Of a DNA stretch of 64,000 bases, positions 1 to 14,201 are shown in pieces. The position numbers and the translations under genes were made by a program. The notes beneath the pieces are model-generated. The model worked only from the letters and a program-made list of their open reading frames with translations. It was not told where the DNA came from and made no database searches. The stretch spans positions 14,012,001 to 14,076,000 of the forward strand of contig OZ024747.1 of assembly GCA_964016885.1 (NCBI GenBank), written 5' to 3'. The DNA comes from Eledone cirrhosa. Lineage: Eukaryota. Within the stretch, counting starts at the first letter, position 1; each line of letters begins with the position of its first letter.

Positions 1-200
1 CTCTTTCTCTCTCTCTCTCTCGCTGTCTCACTCTCTCTGTTTCTGTATCTCTCTTTCTCTCGCTGTTTCTTTGTCTCTCTCTCTCTCTGTTTCTCTATCT
101 CTCTCTTCGTCCCCCTCTCTCTGTTTCTTTATCTCTCTCCCTCCCCCTTTCTCTCTCTCCATCTCTCTCTCTCTGTTTCTTTATCTCTCTCCCTCGCCCC

Positions 201-233
<33 letters not shown>

Positions 234-592
234 CTGTTTCTTTACCCCCCCCCCCTTTCTCCTCATCCCCCTCTCTTTCTCTCTTGTTTGGCAATTTGAA
301 GAACTGACTGGATTTCCTGCTCTTCTGTTCAGTAGTGCCATCTTTGTTGCTGCTGGTGGTAATGAGGTTGCTGGGGTTGCTGAGGTTGCTGTTGACTGGG
401 CTCTTGAGAAAGACCCCTCTCCACCCCCCTGCTTCACTGTTCTATCCATCCACACACTTATTGAGGTCCACTAACAAGATTAATACCAATCTTATTTGTT
501 AGGTTAATTTCTGAAAGTCCAAATGCTCCCTCACTGTCTACACACACACACATGTGTCTACACACACATACACGTGTGTCGTGTGTATGCAT

Positions 593-651
<59 letters not shown>

Positions 652-679
652 ATACATATATACACACACCCACACACAC

Positions 680-744
<65 letters not shown>

Positions 745-764
745 GATATATATATGTACACACA

Positions 765-813
<49 letters not shown>

Positions 814-827
814 CCACACACACACAG

Positions 828-880
<53 letters not shown>

Positions 881-1270
881 TATATATGTACACACATATG
901 TGTGTGTGTGTGTGTGGGGGTGTATATATCATCATCATCATCATCATCCTCGTTTAACGTCCACTTTCCACGCTAGCATGGGTTACACACATATATATAT
1001 GTACACACATATATGTGTGTGGGTGTGTGTATATATATATATATATACACACACACATATATATATAAGTACACACATGTGTGTGTGTGTGTGTGTGTAC
1101 ATATATATATATATATATGTACACACACATGTGTATGTGTTTAGTGTGAATGTCTATATATATATATATATATGTGAGTTTATACATTTGTGACTATGTA
1201 TGTGTATATGTGCATATACTTGTGTATGTGCATCTATCTTTCTCTCTGTATTTGTGTATATGTATACATA

Positions 1271-1396
<126 letters not shown>

Positions 1397-1505
1397 TGTG
1401 CATGTATATACACAGATGCAGCACTACATGTTTCCTGTTTATAAAATACTGTATGTCTATATTATCATCATTGTCATTTTAACATCCGCTTTCCCTGCTA
1501 GTAAG

Positions 1506-1566
<61 letters not shown>

Positions 1567-1586
1567 GCAGGTAGAATACCAGTTAG

Positions 1587-1624
<38 letters not shown>

Positions 1625-1671
1625 TCGATATATACAATGCTACATGCTTTCTGTTGAGAAACTATTAAGAT

Positions 1672-1862
1672 GGCGGTGGATTGGCAGTATCGGTAGAGAG
1701 TCGGACGCCATGCTTTGACGCATAGAGTTAAGTCCCTTTATGATCTGGGTTCAAATCCCGCCGAGGTTGACTTTGCTTTTCATCCTTACGGGGATCGATA
1801 AAATAAAGTACCAGTAATACACTGGGTAATTGCTGGCCTTGTGCCAAAAGTAGAAACAATTA
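1672..1862 (+). mobile_element. tRNA-related SINE with a Meta-like central domain
   Basis: ggcggtggattggcag...gttcaaatcccgccgaggtt...ttcatccttacggggatcgataaaataaagtaccag...aacaattat; many copies in this window. Confidence 0.85.
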
Positions 1863-2861
1863 TATATATGTGTGTGTGTGTATGTATGTGTGTGTGTATG
1901 TATATGTGTGTGTGTGTGCGTGTGAAGTGGACATAAAAATGTTGATGATGAATTATATATAAGTCCCTTTATGATCTGGGTTCAAATCTTGCCGAGGTTT
2001 ACTTTGCTTTTCCTCCTTACGGGGATCGATAAAATACAATACCAGTAATACACTGGTTAATTGTCGGCCTTGTGTGTGTGTATGTATGTGTGTGTGTGTG
2101 TGAAGTGGACATAAAAATGTTGATGATGAATTATATATAAGAACAGGCATAGATGTGTGGATAAGCAATTTTCTTCATAATTATGCAGGTCCATGTTTAA
2201 TCCTACTTTGGTAGCTTTCTACTATAGCATTAGTCACACCAAAATCTCTTGAGTAGAATTTGGTTGAATGAAAGTGTGTATGTAGGTATGTTTATATATG
2301 TATATCACCTATATAACTCACCCACACACCCCCAAAAAAATTTTTTCTCCCACACGCCACCTACACCCACAACACGCTTAAACTCCACACGTGCTTTCCA
2401 CCACATATTTACACCTTCAGCCTCCGGATTCCTCTCCCCCCCACCCCTCTATCCACACACACACACTCCGACCTACACCCCACCCACACACACACCTCTT
2501 CCTGAACATGCAACCCCGTTCTTCCCCCAACCCTTGCTTTCACATACACACACACACACACACACACCACCTTCAGCCCTTCCCGCTCGGACACCCCGTC
2601 TCCCTCTCCCCACTCCACCCGCCACCACCCGTACATACCCCACTCCCTTCCACCACCTGTTTTACCCCTTTTTAATTTCAGTTTATTTTGATCATGCTTT
2701 TATATTTATTTTTATTTCATTTCATTTTATTTATATCATGCTTTATTTTTATTTTTATTTTTAATTTTATTCGCACCGTTTCCTCCCACCCCCTTTTCGC
2801 TATATGTCTCTCCACCACTCCCCTACACACCCTTTGAACTCTCTTCCCACACACTTCTCAC

Positions 2862-2889
2862 CTGAGGAAGGGCTTATGCCCGAAACGTC
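2862..2889 (+). ncRNA. Minimal hammerhead-like motif (PLE type), stem I decayed
   Basis: CUGAGGA a-gggc-uuau-gccc GAAACGUC, followed by AATAAA about 40 nt downstream; a related decayed copy lies at about 34255-34330. Confidence 0.55.
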
Positions 2890-2978
2890 GTTCCCCACCA
2901 CCACCCCACTCTCCAGAGCGTGAAATTAATAAACATTCGTTGTACTGCCTCTCTGTTTTGTTCCTGTTCAAATTTTCC

Positions 2979-3011
<33 letters not shown>

Positions 3012-3198
3012 ATGTGTGTGTCCATGTATGTATATTTATTTTTGTATGTATATATGTATATGTTTGTATATATCTATATGAATGTATATATACATATATG
3101 TGTATATGTATTTATATATATATATATATATATATATGTGTATATATGTATGTAAGTATATAAATACACTAATACAAACGTCTGTATATAAGTCTCTA

Positions 3199-3246
<48 letters not shown>

Positions 3247-3318
3247 CATGTATATATATATATATATGTACAGGTATATAATACAGATACTAATGTGTGT
3301 ATATAAGTTTCTATGTAC

Positions 3319-3356
<38 letters not shown>

Positions 3357-6049
3357 TTATCTATATGTATGTGCATATATATTTACATGCTTTCACATAT
3401 ATACACATGTTCATTCAGAGAACATGTAAGCCACATACCAGTAATTATGGAAATATTGGGTAGCAAGACATTTCGTAATTTATTCATGGTGTCCTTGGTC
3501 ATATTTTCTATGGTAGTGAGGGTTTAACAATAATTACCTGTGCTGTGTATCAGAAATCATTAAGTCATGCATGCACAGGTGTGCCTGAGTGGTAATTGTG
3601 CTGGTAGCGACAATGCCAGCTTTGCTTCGAATAGTTTGTTCTGTTCATTATTCATGCATGACTATTAACAATCAACATGCTGAAATGGTAAACTTAATTA
3701 GTTTATCATTGCTAATGAATTGCTAATCACAATGCAAGGAATTGGTGGTTGTTAGTGCGTCAGATTAAATCCCAAGCAGTACCTGTTTAAGCTGAATGTG
3801 CTATGAGTTCAAACTCTGCCAAAATTAACTTTGTATGTCATCATTTCTGGGTTGATATAAGTAAAATACAAGTCTAAAATGGTGGATTGACAGAATGTTT
3901 AGAGTTGGATAGCATATCTTTTAATATCCTTTCTATCACTTTTCATTCTAAGTTGAAATCCTGCCTCCTGTCACAGGTAAAACTATGAAATTAAGTTGCA
4001 GCAACCCAGGTAGAGGCAACCTTTCTTGAGCAGTGGACCACATGAGATATGGCTCACTATAAGGTGGGTTAGACAAATGGGCTGCATATGGCCTGTTATC
4101 TGCAGTTTGCTCATCACTGTTGTAGACTTTTTTAACAGTGATTGACATGTTCAGCATCTGGTAGTTGTGTTCCTGTCTCTGAGGATTATCTAGGTTGACC
4201 ATGTCGGTCACAAATTTGCAACCTTTGTAGTCACTGGTTAAAATTGTGGACATTCTATGCTGTCACTGTCTGATTTAACAAATACTCTATCATCATCATC
4301 ATCATTTAATATCTATTTTTCATTCTTGCATGGGCTAAATGGGTTGTTATGATGTTATGTAGCCAAACAAGTCAGGTGACAATGGTTTGCTCATATGTCC
4401 TGTTTTTGGTTTGGTTTTCAATAGCTGGATGCTCTTCCTAATGCCAACTACCCAACAGTGTGTACTTGGAGCTTTTCTTTATGACATCAGCACTATCACC
4501 TTACATGGTGGACTGGGTACTTTTTTGTTGCATCACCAATCCTCTATCACCATCATCATCATCATTTAATGTCCATTTTCCATGCTAGCATGGGTTAGAC
4601 AGGTTGTCCTATTAGAGGCAAGTTCGGTCAAGTGACCGTGTCCTACTCTATATAGATACAATCTGAAGTACCCAATGTGGTTGGTCCATTTGTGCAATGT
4701 CAAAGTCCAGACAGTAATTCTCAGACAGTAAAACCTGTCTAAGAAAGTTTACAAAACTTTTAGCCCTCTTCTCCAATTGGTGATCCCCACCTAGTCCCAG
4801 TACATCTACAATATCATTCCATTCTCTTACATCACTCTCTTCTATACATGTACCTGTTAAATTTTGTATTTGTATCACAGCTAAATTCTGTAATTTCTCT
4901 ATCTTATATCTAATTTTACTGGGTTTTCTTTTTCATTTGTCTTGTTCTGTTTTTGTTTTGTTGTTATTTTGCGTGAGAGTCAAGTCCTCAAACTCTTTCA
5001 GACTGTTTCTAAAATATCATGTTCCAACATGCTTGTATCATCTTCAATACAAAATATTATTGTTTGATATATGATCTTAAAATGTATTATCAACTAACTT
5101 TAAACCAAAGATTAGTTTGTTTGTTTTTTTCTTTAGTAAATTATTATTATTATTATTATCTTTTTTACCTTTTTCACTTTTTCACTTAGAAAACTAAGAT
5201 GGTTTTCATAGTTTATATGAGAGCTGATAGAAATTTGATACTTGAATCTGAATGTAATTGAAATTCAATGAAAACTTGACATTTTTTTCAACTATTCACA
5301 TTTAAATATATATATTTTTATTTCAATTTTAAGGAGTTTAAATTTTACTTTCAGATTTATAAAAAATTTTTTTTAATGCATTGTTTTTTCATTTGCCTTT
5401 GATTTTTTGATTTTTATCTTTGTCTTTGAAAAGCACCTTGGTATTTTATCAATTAGGAATTTTAAAAAATAGTAGGAAAAAGTGATAGCTGCTTCAGTTT
5501 GTATTTTTAATTTATAATTTTTTTTTTATTAGAGCAGTGGTTTCCAAATACCAAGGACCCCTTTTACTTAAATGAATTTTCTGTGGATCGCCAAATTTTG
5601 AAAAGTCTATCTATTTAAGCTGATATTAACTGGCAACAAACACATTTTATCAATTTCATTTTTAAATTGAAAGATATATTTACCATATGCCTGAACCAAC
5701 TCAGTCATCTCTCTTGCATACAGCTGAGTTTTCTAGTGTTTCCCCCTCCACTGGTTTGAGAGCTGATGAGGGTGTAGATGTGTGTGTGTGTAATTTTGTC
5801 TTGTACGAGTATATCACCTTTATTTCCTTCTTCCAGTCACTTCTGTGCACCAGCACACTTATCCTTGTCATCTTCCGCTTTCAATATTTTCTATATTTTA
5901 TCTGCCTGTCACCCACCTAGTGGATTGTCTCTCTGTTGACCACTAGCCGCTGCTCTCTGTCTTCTGAGGCATTTTTGCCTATCGCAGTCTTTGACAGCAT
6001 TTAGCTGTTTTAATAGCTGTTCTAGCAATGAGTTTTCTCATTTTATATA

Positions 6050-6087
<38 letters not shown>

Positions 6088-6096
<9 letters not shown>

Positions 6097-6212
6097 TAAA
6101 AAAATAATGAATAAAACAATGAAACAGTTCCTTATATTAAACAACAAATATTTAAATGTTTAATATAAGGAACTGTTTCATTGTTTTATTCATTATTTTT
6201 TAAATATTTTAT
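6088..6212. repeat. About 55-bp-arm AT-rich fold-back next to (TA)n
   Basis: aatgaataaaacaatgaaacagttccttatattaaaca and its reverse complement, separated by a 13-nt loop. Confidence 0.8.
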
Positions 6213-6343
6213 CTTGATTCTGTATTCCGTTTATCTTTCACCGAAAGTGATTTTTGAATGCATCTCTTCTTTCCATGATATCCGGATTATATTGAGTTCT
6301 TCATACGGATTGGACACTACCGTAAACTCTTGGTAGATTTATC

Positions 6344-6377
<34 letters not shown>

Positions 6378-7178
6378 TGTGTGTGTGTATATAAATAAAA
6401 AGATGTTAGATGAGAGTAAGAGAAGAAAGGAAATGGGTAAATGGTAGATAGGAGAAAAAGCATGTGGTGTTGTTAGTCAGCCACCTTGAAATACATATAT
6501 ATCTTATATCAAATATATACAACATATTTTCATAGTTTCCATCTACCAAGTTCTAATTATAAATTAAAATTACAAACTGAAGCAGCTATCACTTTTTCCT
6601 ACTATTTTTTGAAATTCCTAATTGATAAAATACCAAGTTCTAATTGCAAAGCATTGTTTGACCAAACATTACAGCAGATACACTTACCTGTACAAAGTGA
6701 TGTGTGGTAATATGGAACCAGAAAGCAGATAGTCACTAAATATACTCATTCTTTTAACCCTTTTCTTACTATATTTCTCATGAAGTCCCTTCAAGAAGTT
6801 GATAGGATTTAATAAAATAACATTCTCATAATTTATTTATTGTTTGGAACATAACAAATATGAAGTTATGGTAGAATGTTTTTTGGTAAATATCATGACC
6901 ATATTCATTGAAGTACACTATTTGAATTAATTAATAAAGAATTTGGAAGGATTTACTAAAATTATTAATTATTTAATAAGGTGTGATAGTTTGCTTGAAT
7001 CATTGTGGAGTATGAAACTAAAGAGTCTTTTTGTTTGTATAGAAAGACATTAAAGCGGGTTAGATTGCCATGGTAACAATCAGAAGGGAATTGAGAAAGA
7101 AAGTAAAATAAAAGGGAAAATGATTGAAATTACCTTAGCAATTTATTAATTATTTCATTATTAAGATGGTATTTGGAA

Positions 7179-7370
7179 GGCAGTGGATTGACAGTATTGG
7201 TAGAGGGTCGGACACCATGCTTTGACGCATAGAGTTATGGCCCTTTCCATTCTGAGTTCAAATCCCGCCAAGGTTAACTTTGCCAGTCATCCTTACGGGG
7301 TCGATAAAATAAAGTACCAGTAATGCACTCGGTAATTGCTGGCCTTGTGCCAAAAGTAGAAACAATTATT
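7179..7370 (+). mobile_element. Meta-like SINE with an approximately 19-bp TSD
   Basis: Family consensus, with attattaagatggtatttg on both sides. Confidence 0.85.
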
Positions 7371-8667
7371 AAGATGGTATTTGTAACATCATTTAACAAA
7401 AGGTTCTTGCATCAAAAACTGTCGGAAGGTTTTAAATTAAATAGAAATCCTTTAAAATGGGTGCCCCTCCCCCATATGACCAGAGTTGGTTTGTATCAAA
7501 AGAGTTAAAAGAATTTTATGTAGTAGAAGCAGAGGCAATGACAGGCAGTTTAAGAGTTAAGCAGGAATATAGCTGAGTAACTGAGAAGAAAAGTAGAAAA
7601 TAAGTGATTCACTAGGATTTAGAACAGTTAAGGAGAATGCTCCCCCACCTCACCCCCACCCACCGTTTTATTTTGACTATTGTGTATGTGTTTATTGTAT
7701 TTGCCCTTTTTTTCCCCAAACCAATACTTCCTTCATTGGGTGTTATTTTTCTTGGCAACACTAATGAGATATTGGTGATGATGGAGAAACATTTCAATGA
7801 ATCCTGATATCTAACATTCTGCCATGTAACATTGGCACTGTTATCTTAAACTCTTTACTCTCATCTAATTGTTACCATTCTGTGTTTATTCAGACTGTTT
7901 ACTGATAACAGGTAAATCAGCAAGTGATAGTGTGTTGTTGTTTTGCTCGGAATGGAACTGTGTTGCTTTAATTAAGTCACTTATTCCTATTATATTTAAG
8001 CCTGCTCTACCTCTTCTATTGCAGCATTACTTTTGGTTCTTTTACTCTTTCTCTCTCTCTTTCCCCTTTTGTCTTTGCTGAAACCTATGACAGTGAAAGA
8101 TAGTTAGATTGATACCCCCTCCTCCCCCTCCTCTGCCACCTTCTCTATTGCTCTATGTTATGCAGATTTCCATTTGTACTAATTACACTTTCTGTGATTC
8201 TTTCTAAACAGAAGAAAAGAAAGTTAAAATTGTAATAAAATACACCAGCTTATTAAAGATATTTCAGTCTGAGCTAACAAAGGAGCCTTTACATGAACAC
8301 TGAAACTGTTAGAAATAGCAAGTAAATTTCCCTCAAAACACACTCATCCTTTTGATAGTAACTCTTATTCTATGATACAAAACTGCCCATTGTAAAAGTG
8401 TTCATACTTATATTAAAACCTATCATAATATTATTTAAGAAGCATCACCTTAACTTTTAACACCCTGTAATGATTTAGCAGAAAATATCTAAAAATGGGT
8501 TGGTTAATTCAAATCATCATCATCATCATCCTCATCTTCGCTTAACGTCCATTTTCCACGCTAGCATGGGTTATAGTATCTTTACTACTAGGTAGATTAT
8601 TGTGAAAATTTGAAGTATTAGAATAAAGATGTCAATTTTTAATATGTTGCAATCATGGTAGTCACCA

Positions 8668-9017
8668 TCATCATCATCACCGTTTTACGTCGATTTTTCC
8701 ACGCTAGCATGGGTTAGACGGTTGTCCTGTTGTGGACAATGTTAGGTCAGCTGACCTAGTCTTGCTCATACGGGAACTGATTTTGGCTTGATTTCTACAG
8801 CTGGATGTCCTTCCTAACACCAACCTCATTTACAGTGAGTGCTGGGGTCTATTTTCCCGTGGCGCCTACACGTCCACTTTACTGTGTGGTCTGGGTGCTT
8901 TGTTGTCGTGCCACCTCCGTGACCACTTTGCAGTGGGAGGAGATGGGGCATATTGCCTATATGCTTCGGTTTCGGCTTGTTCCCGTGGGAAGTCGGGTCT
9001 TCTGTATTACTGCATGA
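8668..9017 (-). mobile_element. RTE 3' UTR copy reaching the end of the ORF
   Basis: (CAT)n plus the shared UTR; ends in gggtcttctgtattactg as at about 51873 (VIQKTR). Confidence 0.75.
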
Positions 9018-9696
9018 CGTAATGTTTTATATTTTTCAAAAATGTCTTGTGGATGTAGTTTCATAATGCAAAAGCACAGTTTTATTAGTTTTAGTTTTAC
9101 ATTTGAGAAGAAGTAAGGGTTTCAATGTATCGGACATAAGTCCTACTTCGGGAAATAGTAAGTTCAGAGAGAGTGGGGGGGGGGGGGGGGGTGGAACAAC
9201 GGAGTTTGAATAAAAAAAAAGATGAGTAAGGAAGTACACACACGCACACAAGCACACACACACGCACATAAACACACATATATAAACACACACACACATA
9301 CACACATACACATGCTACACATTGATAATCAATGCCATCTGTTGTTTTCTTCATTTCATATTTTCCACACTTCGATCTCTTCTATTATTTAATGTATTCA
9401 TTGTTCTTAATAAACCATATCTTTGTTTGATCTGTCAATACTTTAAATATCCTCATAGTTAGCTTATTATATGTTTGTTGTTCTGAGCTATCCTAGTTTG
9501 TGTGACACTAGTTTCATATTGAAGTACTACACAATGACTTGTTGTGTGACTTTGGTTTCTTTTTTTGTATTTTCTTTTTTGTTAATATACTACAAAGGAT
9601 TTGAAATTTCATAACTAGATTCAACTTGTCAAAGATTAGACATGCTCCATTGAATCTCTGATCAATTGCAATTGTTATCTTTTGTCTCAGTTATAG

Positions 9697-10300
9697 TCTC
9701 TCTCTCTCTCTCTCCTACCCCGCTCTCTCTCCTACACCTCTATCTCTCTCTTACACCTCTCTCTCTCTCTTACACCTCTCTCTCGCTCTCTTACACCTCT
9801 CTCTCTCTCTCCTACCCCGCTTTCTCTCTCTCCTACACCTCTCTCTCTCTCCTACACCTCTATCTCTCTCCTACACCTCTCTCTCGCTTTCCTACACCTC
9901 TCTCTCGCTTTCCTACCCCGCTCTCTCACTCTCTCGCCTACCCCGCTCTCTCACTCTCTCTCCTACCTTTCTCTCTCACTCTCTCTCCTACCTTTCTCTT
10001 TCACTCTCTCGCCTACCTTTCTCTCTCACTCTCTCTCCTACCTTTCTCTCTCACTCTCTCGCCTACCTTTCTCTCTCACTCTCTCTCCTACCTTTCTCTC
10101 TCACTCTCTCTCCTACTTTTCTCTCTCACTCTCTCGCCTACCTTTCTCTCTCACTCTCTCGCCTACCTTTCTCTCTCACTCTCTCGCCTACCTTTCTCTC
10201 TCACTCTCTCTCCTACCTTTCTCTCTCACTCTCTCGCCTACCTTTCTCTCTCACTCTCTCGCCTACCTTTCTCTCTCCTATCCCTCTCTCACTCTCTCTC
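9697..10300 (+). repeat. CT-rich approximately 25-bp tandem repeat
   Basis: Units of ctctctcactctctc(g/t)cctaccttt. Confidence 0.85.
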
Positions 10301-10529
10301 AGTTGTAACTCTATTGTTTCCCCCTTTCTAATTAACAATATGTAGCTAACATATTCAGGTGTTTCATGCTGCAACTGTTACTATATTGTTTGTGCATCTG
10401 TATACATTTATTCACGCATTCAAGTCTCCCCCCCCTCTCTCTATATATATATATGCATAAATATATACCTATATATATGTATATAATAATAATAATAAAA
10501 ACAATGAAGTTTTGTTCATATAATATACA

Positions 10530-10655
10530 CAGGGTGGCCCAAAAGTCGCGATACATAAAAAACAAAAAATAAAGTTTTATAGGAAACAATTTATTCAAAA
10601 TAAATAAATATGGAAACTTGAACATTTCCTATGAATTGCAACTTTTGGGCCACCC

Positions 10656-10657
<2 letters not shown>
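10530..10657. mobile_element. Tc1/mariner-type MITE
   Basis: TIRs cagggtggcccaaaagt / acttttgggccaccctg; 128 bp. Confidence 0.8.
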
Positions 10658-10707
<50 letters not shown>

Positions 10708-11062
10708 CATACATACATACATGCACGCACACACACACATATATATAGATAGATAGAGATATGTAATAAGAAAAAGAATGCCCCCCTCCATACACACAGA
10801 TGTATTTCATGACTCGTACACTGTTCATTTTCCTGACATTTGTACATTATTCTATGTACTATACATGCACCTTTGATGAGTTGTAGTGCACCTGAGCACT
10901 GTACACAATACTTTCATTATTATTATTTATTATATATATAAACCCTTGTGGTTAATAAAGAAAGCATTATTTATTATATATATATATATATATATATCAT
11001 GTGGGTGAGTGTACAATTGAGATAATCTTAGCTTATAACTCATTGTTTGAAATTCATTTCAG

Positions 11063-11166
11063 ATTGTACGAACAGATTTGCAAGAGCTGTATGATCTAGA
11101 CTTGGGTGGGGCACCATATGGCTACACACCATTTTGTAGCAGTAGGACTGAAATGGATGGCTTCAG
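11063..11166 (+). CDS. UGGT: UDP-glucose:glycoprotein glucosyltransferase, internal exon (GT24 catalytic domain)
   Basis: tttcag acceptor and gttggt donor; 104 nt reading [34 protein letters not shown](R), the conserved UGGT segment after the DADQ motif; ends in phase 2. Confidence 0.95.
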
Positions 11167-11282
11167 GTTGGTAACACTTTTTATATTGCCTTCTCCACTG
11201 TTGTTTCTACTCCTTTGGAGACTGTAGTTGCCATTGCTGCTACTACTACATGTATATTTTCAGGGACTACAAATAGGAAACA

Positions 11283-11345
<63 letters not shown>

Positions 11346-11369
11346 GACTCATTTCCTATATATATAGCA

Positions 11370-11643
11370 CAACATCCAGGCCGAAACAAATGAGGTCGTG
11401 TAGGTGTCACGACAAAAAAACACACAGTCCACGCTGTAATGTGGCCGTGTAGGCAACACGGTAAAAACCTCCCAGCCCCACACTGTAAATGTGGTTGGTG
11501 TTAGGAAGGGCATCCAGCTGTAGAAAACCCGCCAGACAGTCCTATGCGAGCAAGACAATCACTCTTGCCTCAAGTGGGAAAACCCCCGACCAAACCCATG
11601 CAAGCGTGGAACACGGACGGTAAACGTTGATGATGATGATGAT
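11370..11643 (+). mobile_element. RTE 3' UTR, truncated copy
   Basis: Reverse complement of 48685-48965; further copies at about 12143, 18700, 22304, 34472, 39603 and 48269. Confidence 0.85.
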
Positions 11644-12072
11644 AGGAAATGAGTCAGGACCCCGACGGCTGAGCTCCGGTTGTTTCGACAGCTAGAGCTA
11701 GATCCATTCTGGAAACGGCCAGAGGTCCTGACTCTTTTCCTGTTACCCACTCTTCTACCCTAAGTATCGAGTACTCTGGTGCGTTATGGTCTACCTAGTT
11801 CCTTACCACACTTTCTTCGTTATATATATATGTGTTATGTATTTCCATAGAAAAGGTAAAGGAAAAAATAGTGCTTTGTGTATAGTAGAGAGCTATTTCA
11901 TTTTTTCTGTTATTTTAATTCAGCCTCACTTTCATTTAAATAGATTTTAATTTCTAATCTTAAAACCATAGCATAAATATTTCATCTGATGGATGTTTCT
12001 GTTAGGATCGTCTAGTTTCCTGAAACCTTTGGTGATGGAATAATTATATTGTGTTGTTTATTATGTAATTAA

Positions 12073-12144
<72 letters not shown>

Positions 12145-12890
12145 TCATAATCATCGTTTAACATCCATTTTCGATACTAGTATGGGTTAGACAGGTTGTC
12201 CTGTTGTGAGACAAGTCAGATCAGATGACCATGTTTACTCACACAGAACTGTTCTGATTTGCTTTCTACAGATGGATGCTCTTCCTAACACCAACCACAT
12301 TTACAGTGTTGACTAGGTGCCTATATATATATAGTTAAATGATGATGGTTTATATATTAATATATAAAATAAATTAAGATGATAGAAAGAAGTTGTTATG
12401 TATTTGATACAACCATATAGTCACAATTACTTGTGTTATAATGCTGAAGAAGTGCATTTTGCCCCGGTTACGCAACTATCTGCTGATATTATGTGACTTT
12501 CTGAACATTGCGGATTTAATATCTGCATTTGTGAAGTTATGTTGCACAGAAACGATATCATCTAGGTGTCGAGATTTTTACTTTTATCTCTACCAAAACA
12601 CAGCCACCATAACTGCTATTAACTAAAATATGTACACTGTGAACAGTTAGTAGCAGTTTCATTACTGCAATTTGGCAAATTCATTGAGTGAGCTAGACGT
12701 TGGCTGGAGACCATTGGCTTAACATCAGTGATCTTTGATACATTTATATATATATACATATATATATATATATAAAGAATTAATATCTAGTAACATATAT
12801 ATATACATACAGATGCATATCAATGCTAGCAAATATATAGGTTTTGTCTTAGTAACATTGTGGTTCAATGCATGGGGTTGCAGAACAATA

Positions 12891-13392
12891 ATATGAGAGA
12901 CGTAAAATAAGAAAATTATAAAATTAACTTACTTACTAAAATATCACTTCCAACTAATTAGTTTCTGGAATGGAGTAAATATATTTTCCGAAGAAGATAT
13001 AGAGAAACATTCCGTCGTCAGGGAAGTCTATTCTCGTCTAAGTTTCCAGGCAAAGCGGGGACTCTGGAAACTTATTCAAAAATAATTCAGTGGATAGGAA
13101 ATAGCAAAGCGTTGACTGAATTCCTAGCCATTGAGAAAATCACTGCCTCTGCGTCAGTGGCAAATTCAAAAAGAATCAATCACGTGACAGCGAGGTCAAT
13201 CAGTGGAAAGTGGTTTGCTAATAAGACAGCGGCCTGCCTACTACCATAGCAGCAGTCATGGCCAATATTGCTCGACAAATAATTTGGAGATAATTATAAA
13301 GAATTAATACCATTCCAGAAACTAATTAGTTGGAAGTGATATTTTAGTAAGTAAGTTAATTTTATAATTTTCTTATTCTACGTCTCTCATAT
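12891..13392 (-). mobile_element. Penelope-like terminal fragment with 83-bp inverted duplication
   Basis: 12891-12973 and 13310-13392 are reverse complements with 1 mismatch; contains an HHR. Confidence 0.7.
12946..13027 (-). ncRNA. Type I hammerhead ribozyme with long loop II
   Basis: Minus strand: acuucc CUGACGA c-ggaaug-(about 39 nt)-cauucc-a GAAA cuaauuag U U ggaagu; perfect 6-bp stems I and II, palindromic stem III, GUU triplet. Confidence 0.75.
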
Positions 13393-13457
13393 ACATATAT
13401 ATATATATATACACATTTTTATTTTTATATAATCATAAACAAATTTATTCATTTCAG

Positions 13458-13514
13458 ATTCTGGAAGTCAGGATATTGGGCAAGTCACTTAGGTGGCCGA
13501 AAATACCATATCAG
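13458..13514 (+). CDS. UGGT: UGGT internal exon
   Basis: atttcag acceptor and gtaaat donor; 57 nt reading (R)FWKSGYWASHLGGRKYHI(S); phase-compatible with both neighbouring exons. Confidence 0.95.
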
Positions 13515-13989
13515 GTAAATTTTTTTATATTCAAAGATATATTTTTTCACCTCTATATTCTTTACCAAGAAATGGTTGTTGATAATAAAAAAAAAATGCC
13601 TAAAGCCGTCATTACTATAAAAAAATTACAATGTCATTTATAACCATCCTGATTTTTTTTTTATTTCTCCTCATCCCTGCTGGATGCTTGCTGTGCAAGG
13701 TTAAAGACCTCATATGTGTATAATTTGTCTGCGATACACTATACATGGAACTGAAGTGTTCAAAAGGAGCTTTCTATGTCTGTATGTTGAGAAATCATCC
13801 ACTTCCTTTTTTTCTTTTCAGGTATAGTCATGGTTTTGTGGTTAGGAATTTTACTTTGTAATCATATTGGTTTCAGGTTCCATCTCACTGCATGGCTCCC
13901 TAGACAAGTGTCTTCTACTAAAGCTTTGGTTATACCAATGACTTATAAGTGAATTTGGTAAACAGAAACTGTAAAGAAATGCATTATGG

Positions 13990-14168
13990 AGTGGCAGTAT
14001 CGGTAAAGGGTCAGACGACATGCTTTGATGCATAGAGTTACGGCCCTTGCCATTCTGAGTTCAAATCTCGCCGAGGTTAACTTTGCCTTTCATCCTTACG
14101 GGGTCGATAAAATAAAGTACCAGTAATGCACTCGGCAATTGTGGCCTTGTGCCAAAAGTAGAAACAAT

Positions 14169-14169
<1 letters not shown>
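13990..14169 (+). mobile_element. Meta-like SINE
   Basis: Matches the family consensus. Confidence 0.85.

Positions 14170-14201
<32 letters not shown>

Noticed and set aside
129-455. Minus-strand ORF near the window start
   Set aside because: No recognisable domain or good acceptor, and it runs into (GA)n low complexity; cannot be supported, though not excluded
13477-13491. tgggcaagtcactta resembling a CORE-SINE core
   Set aside because: It encodes the conserved UGGT residues WASHL; the match is coincidental
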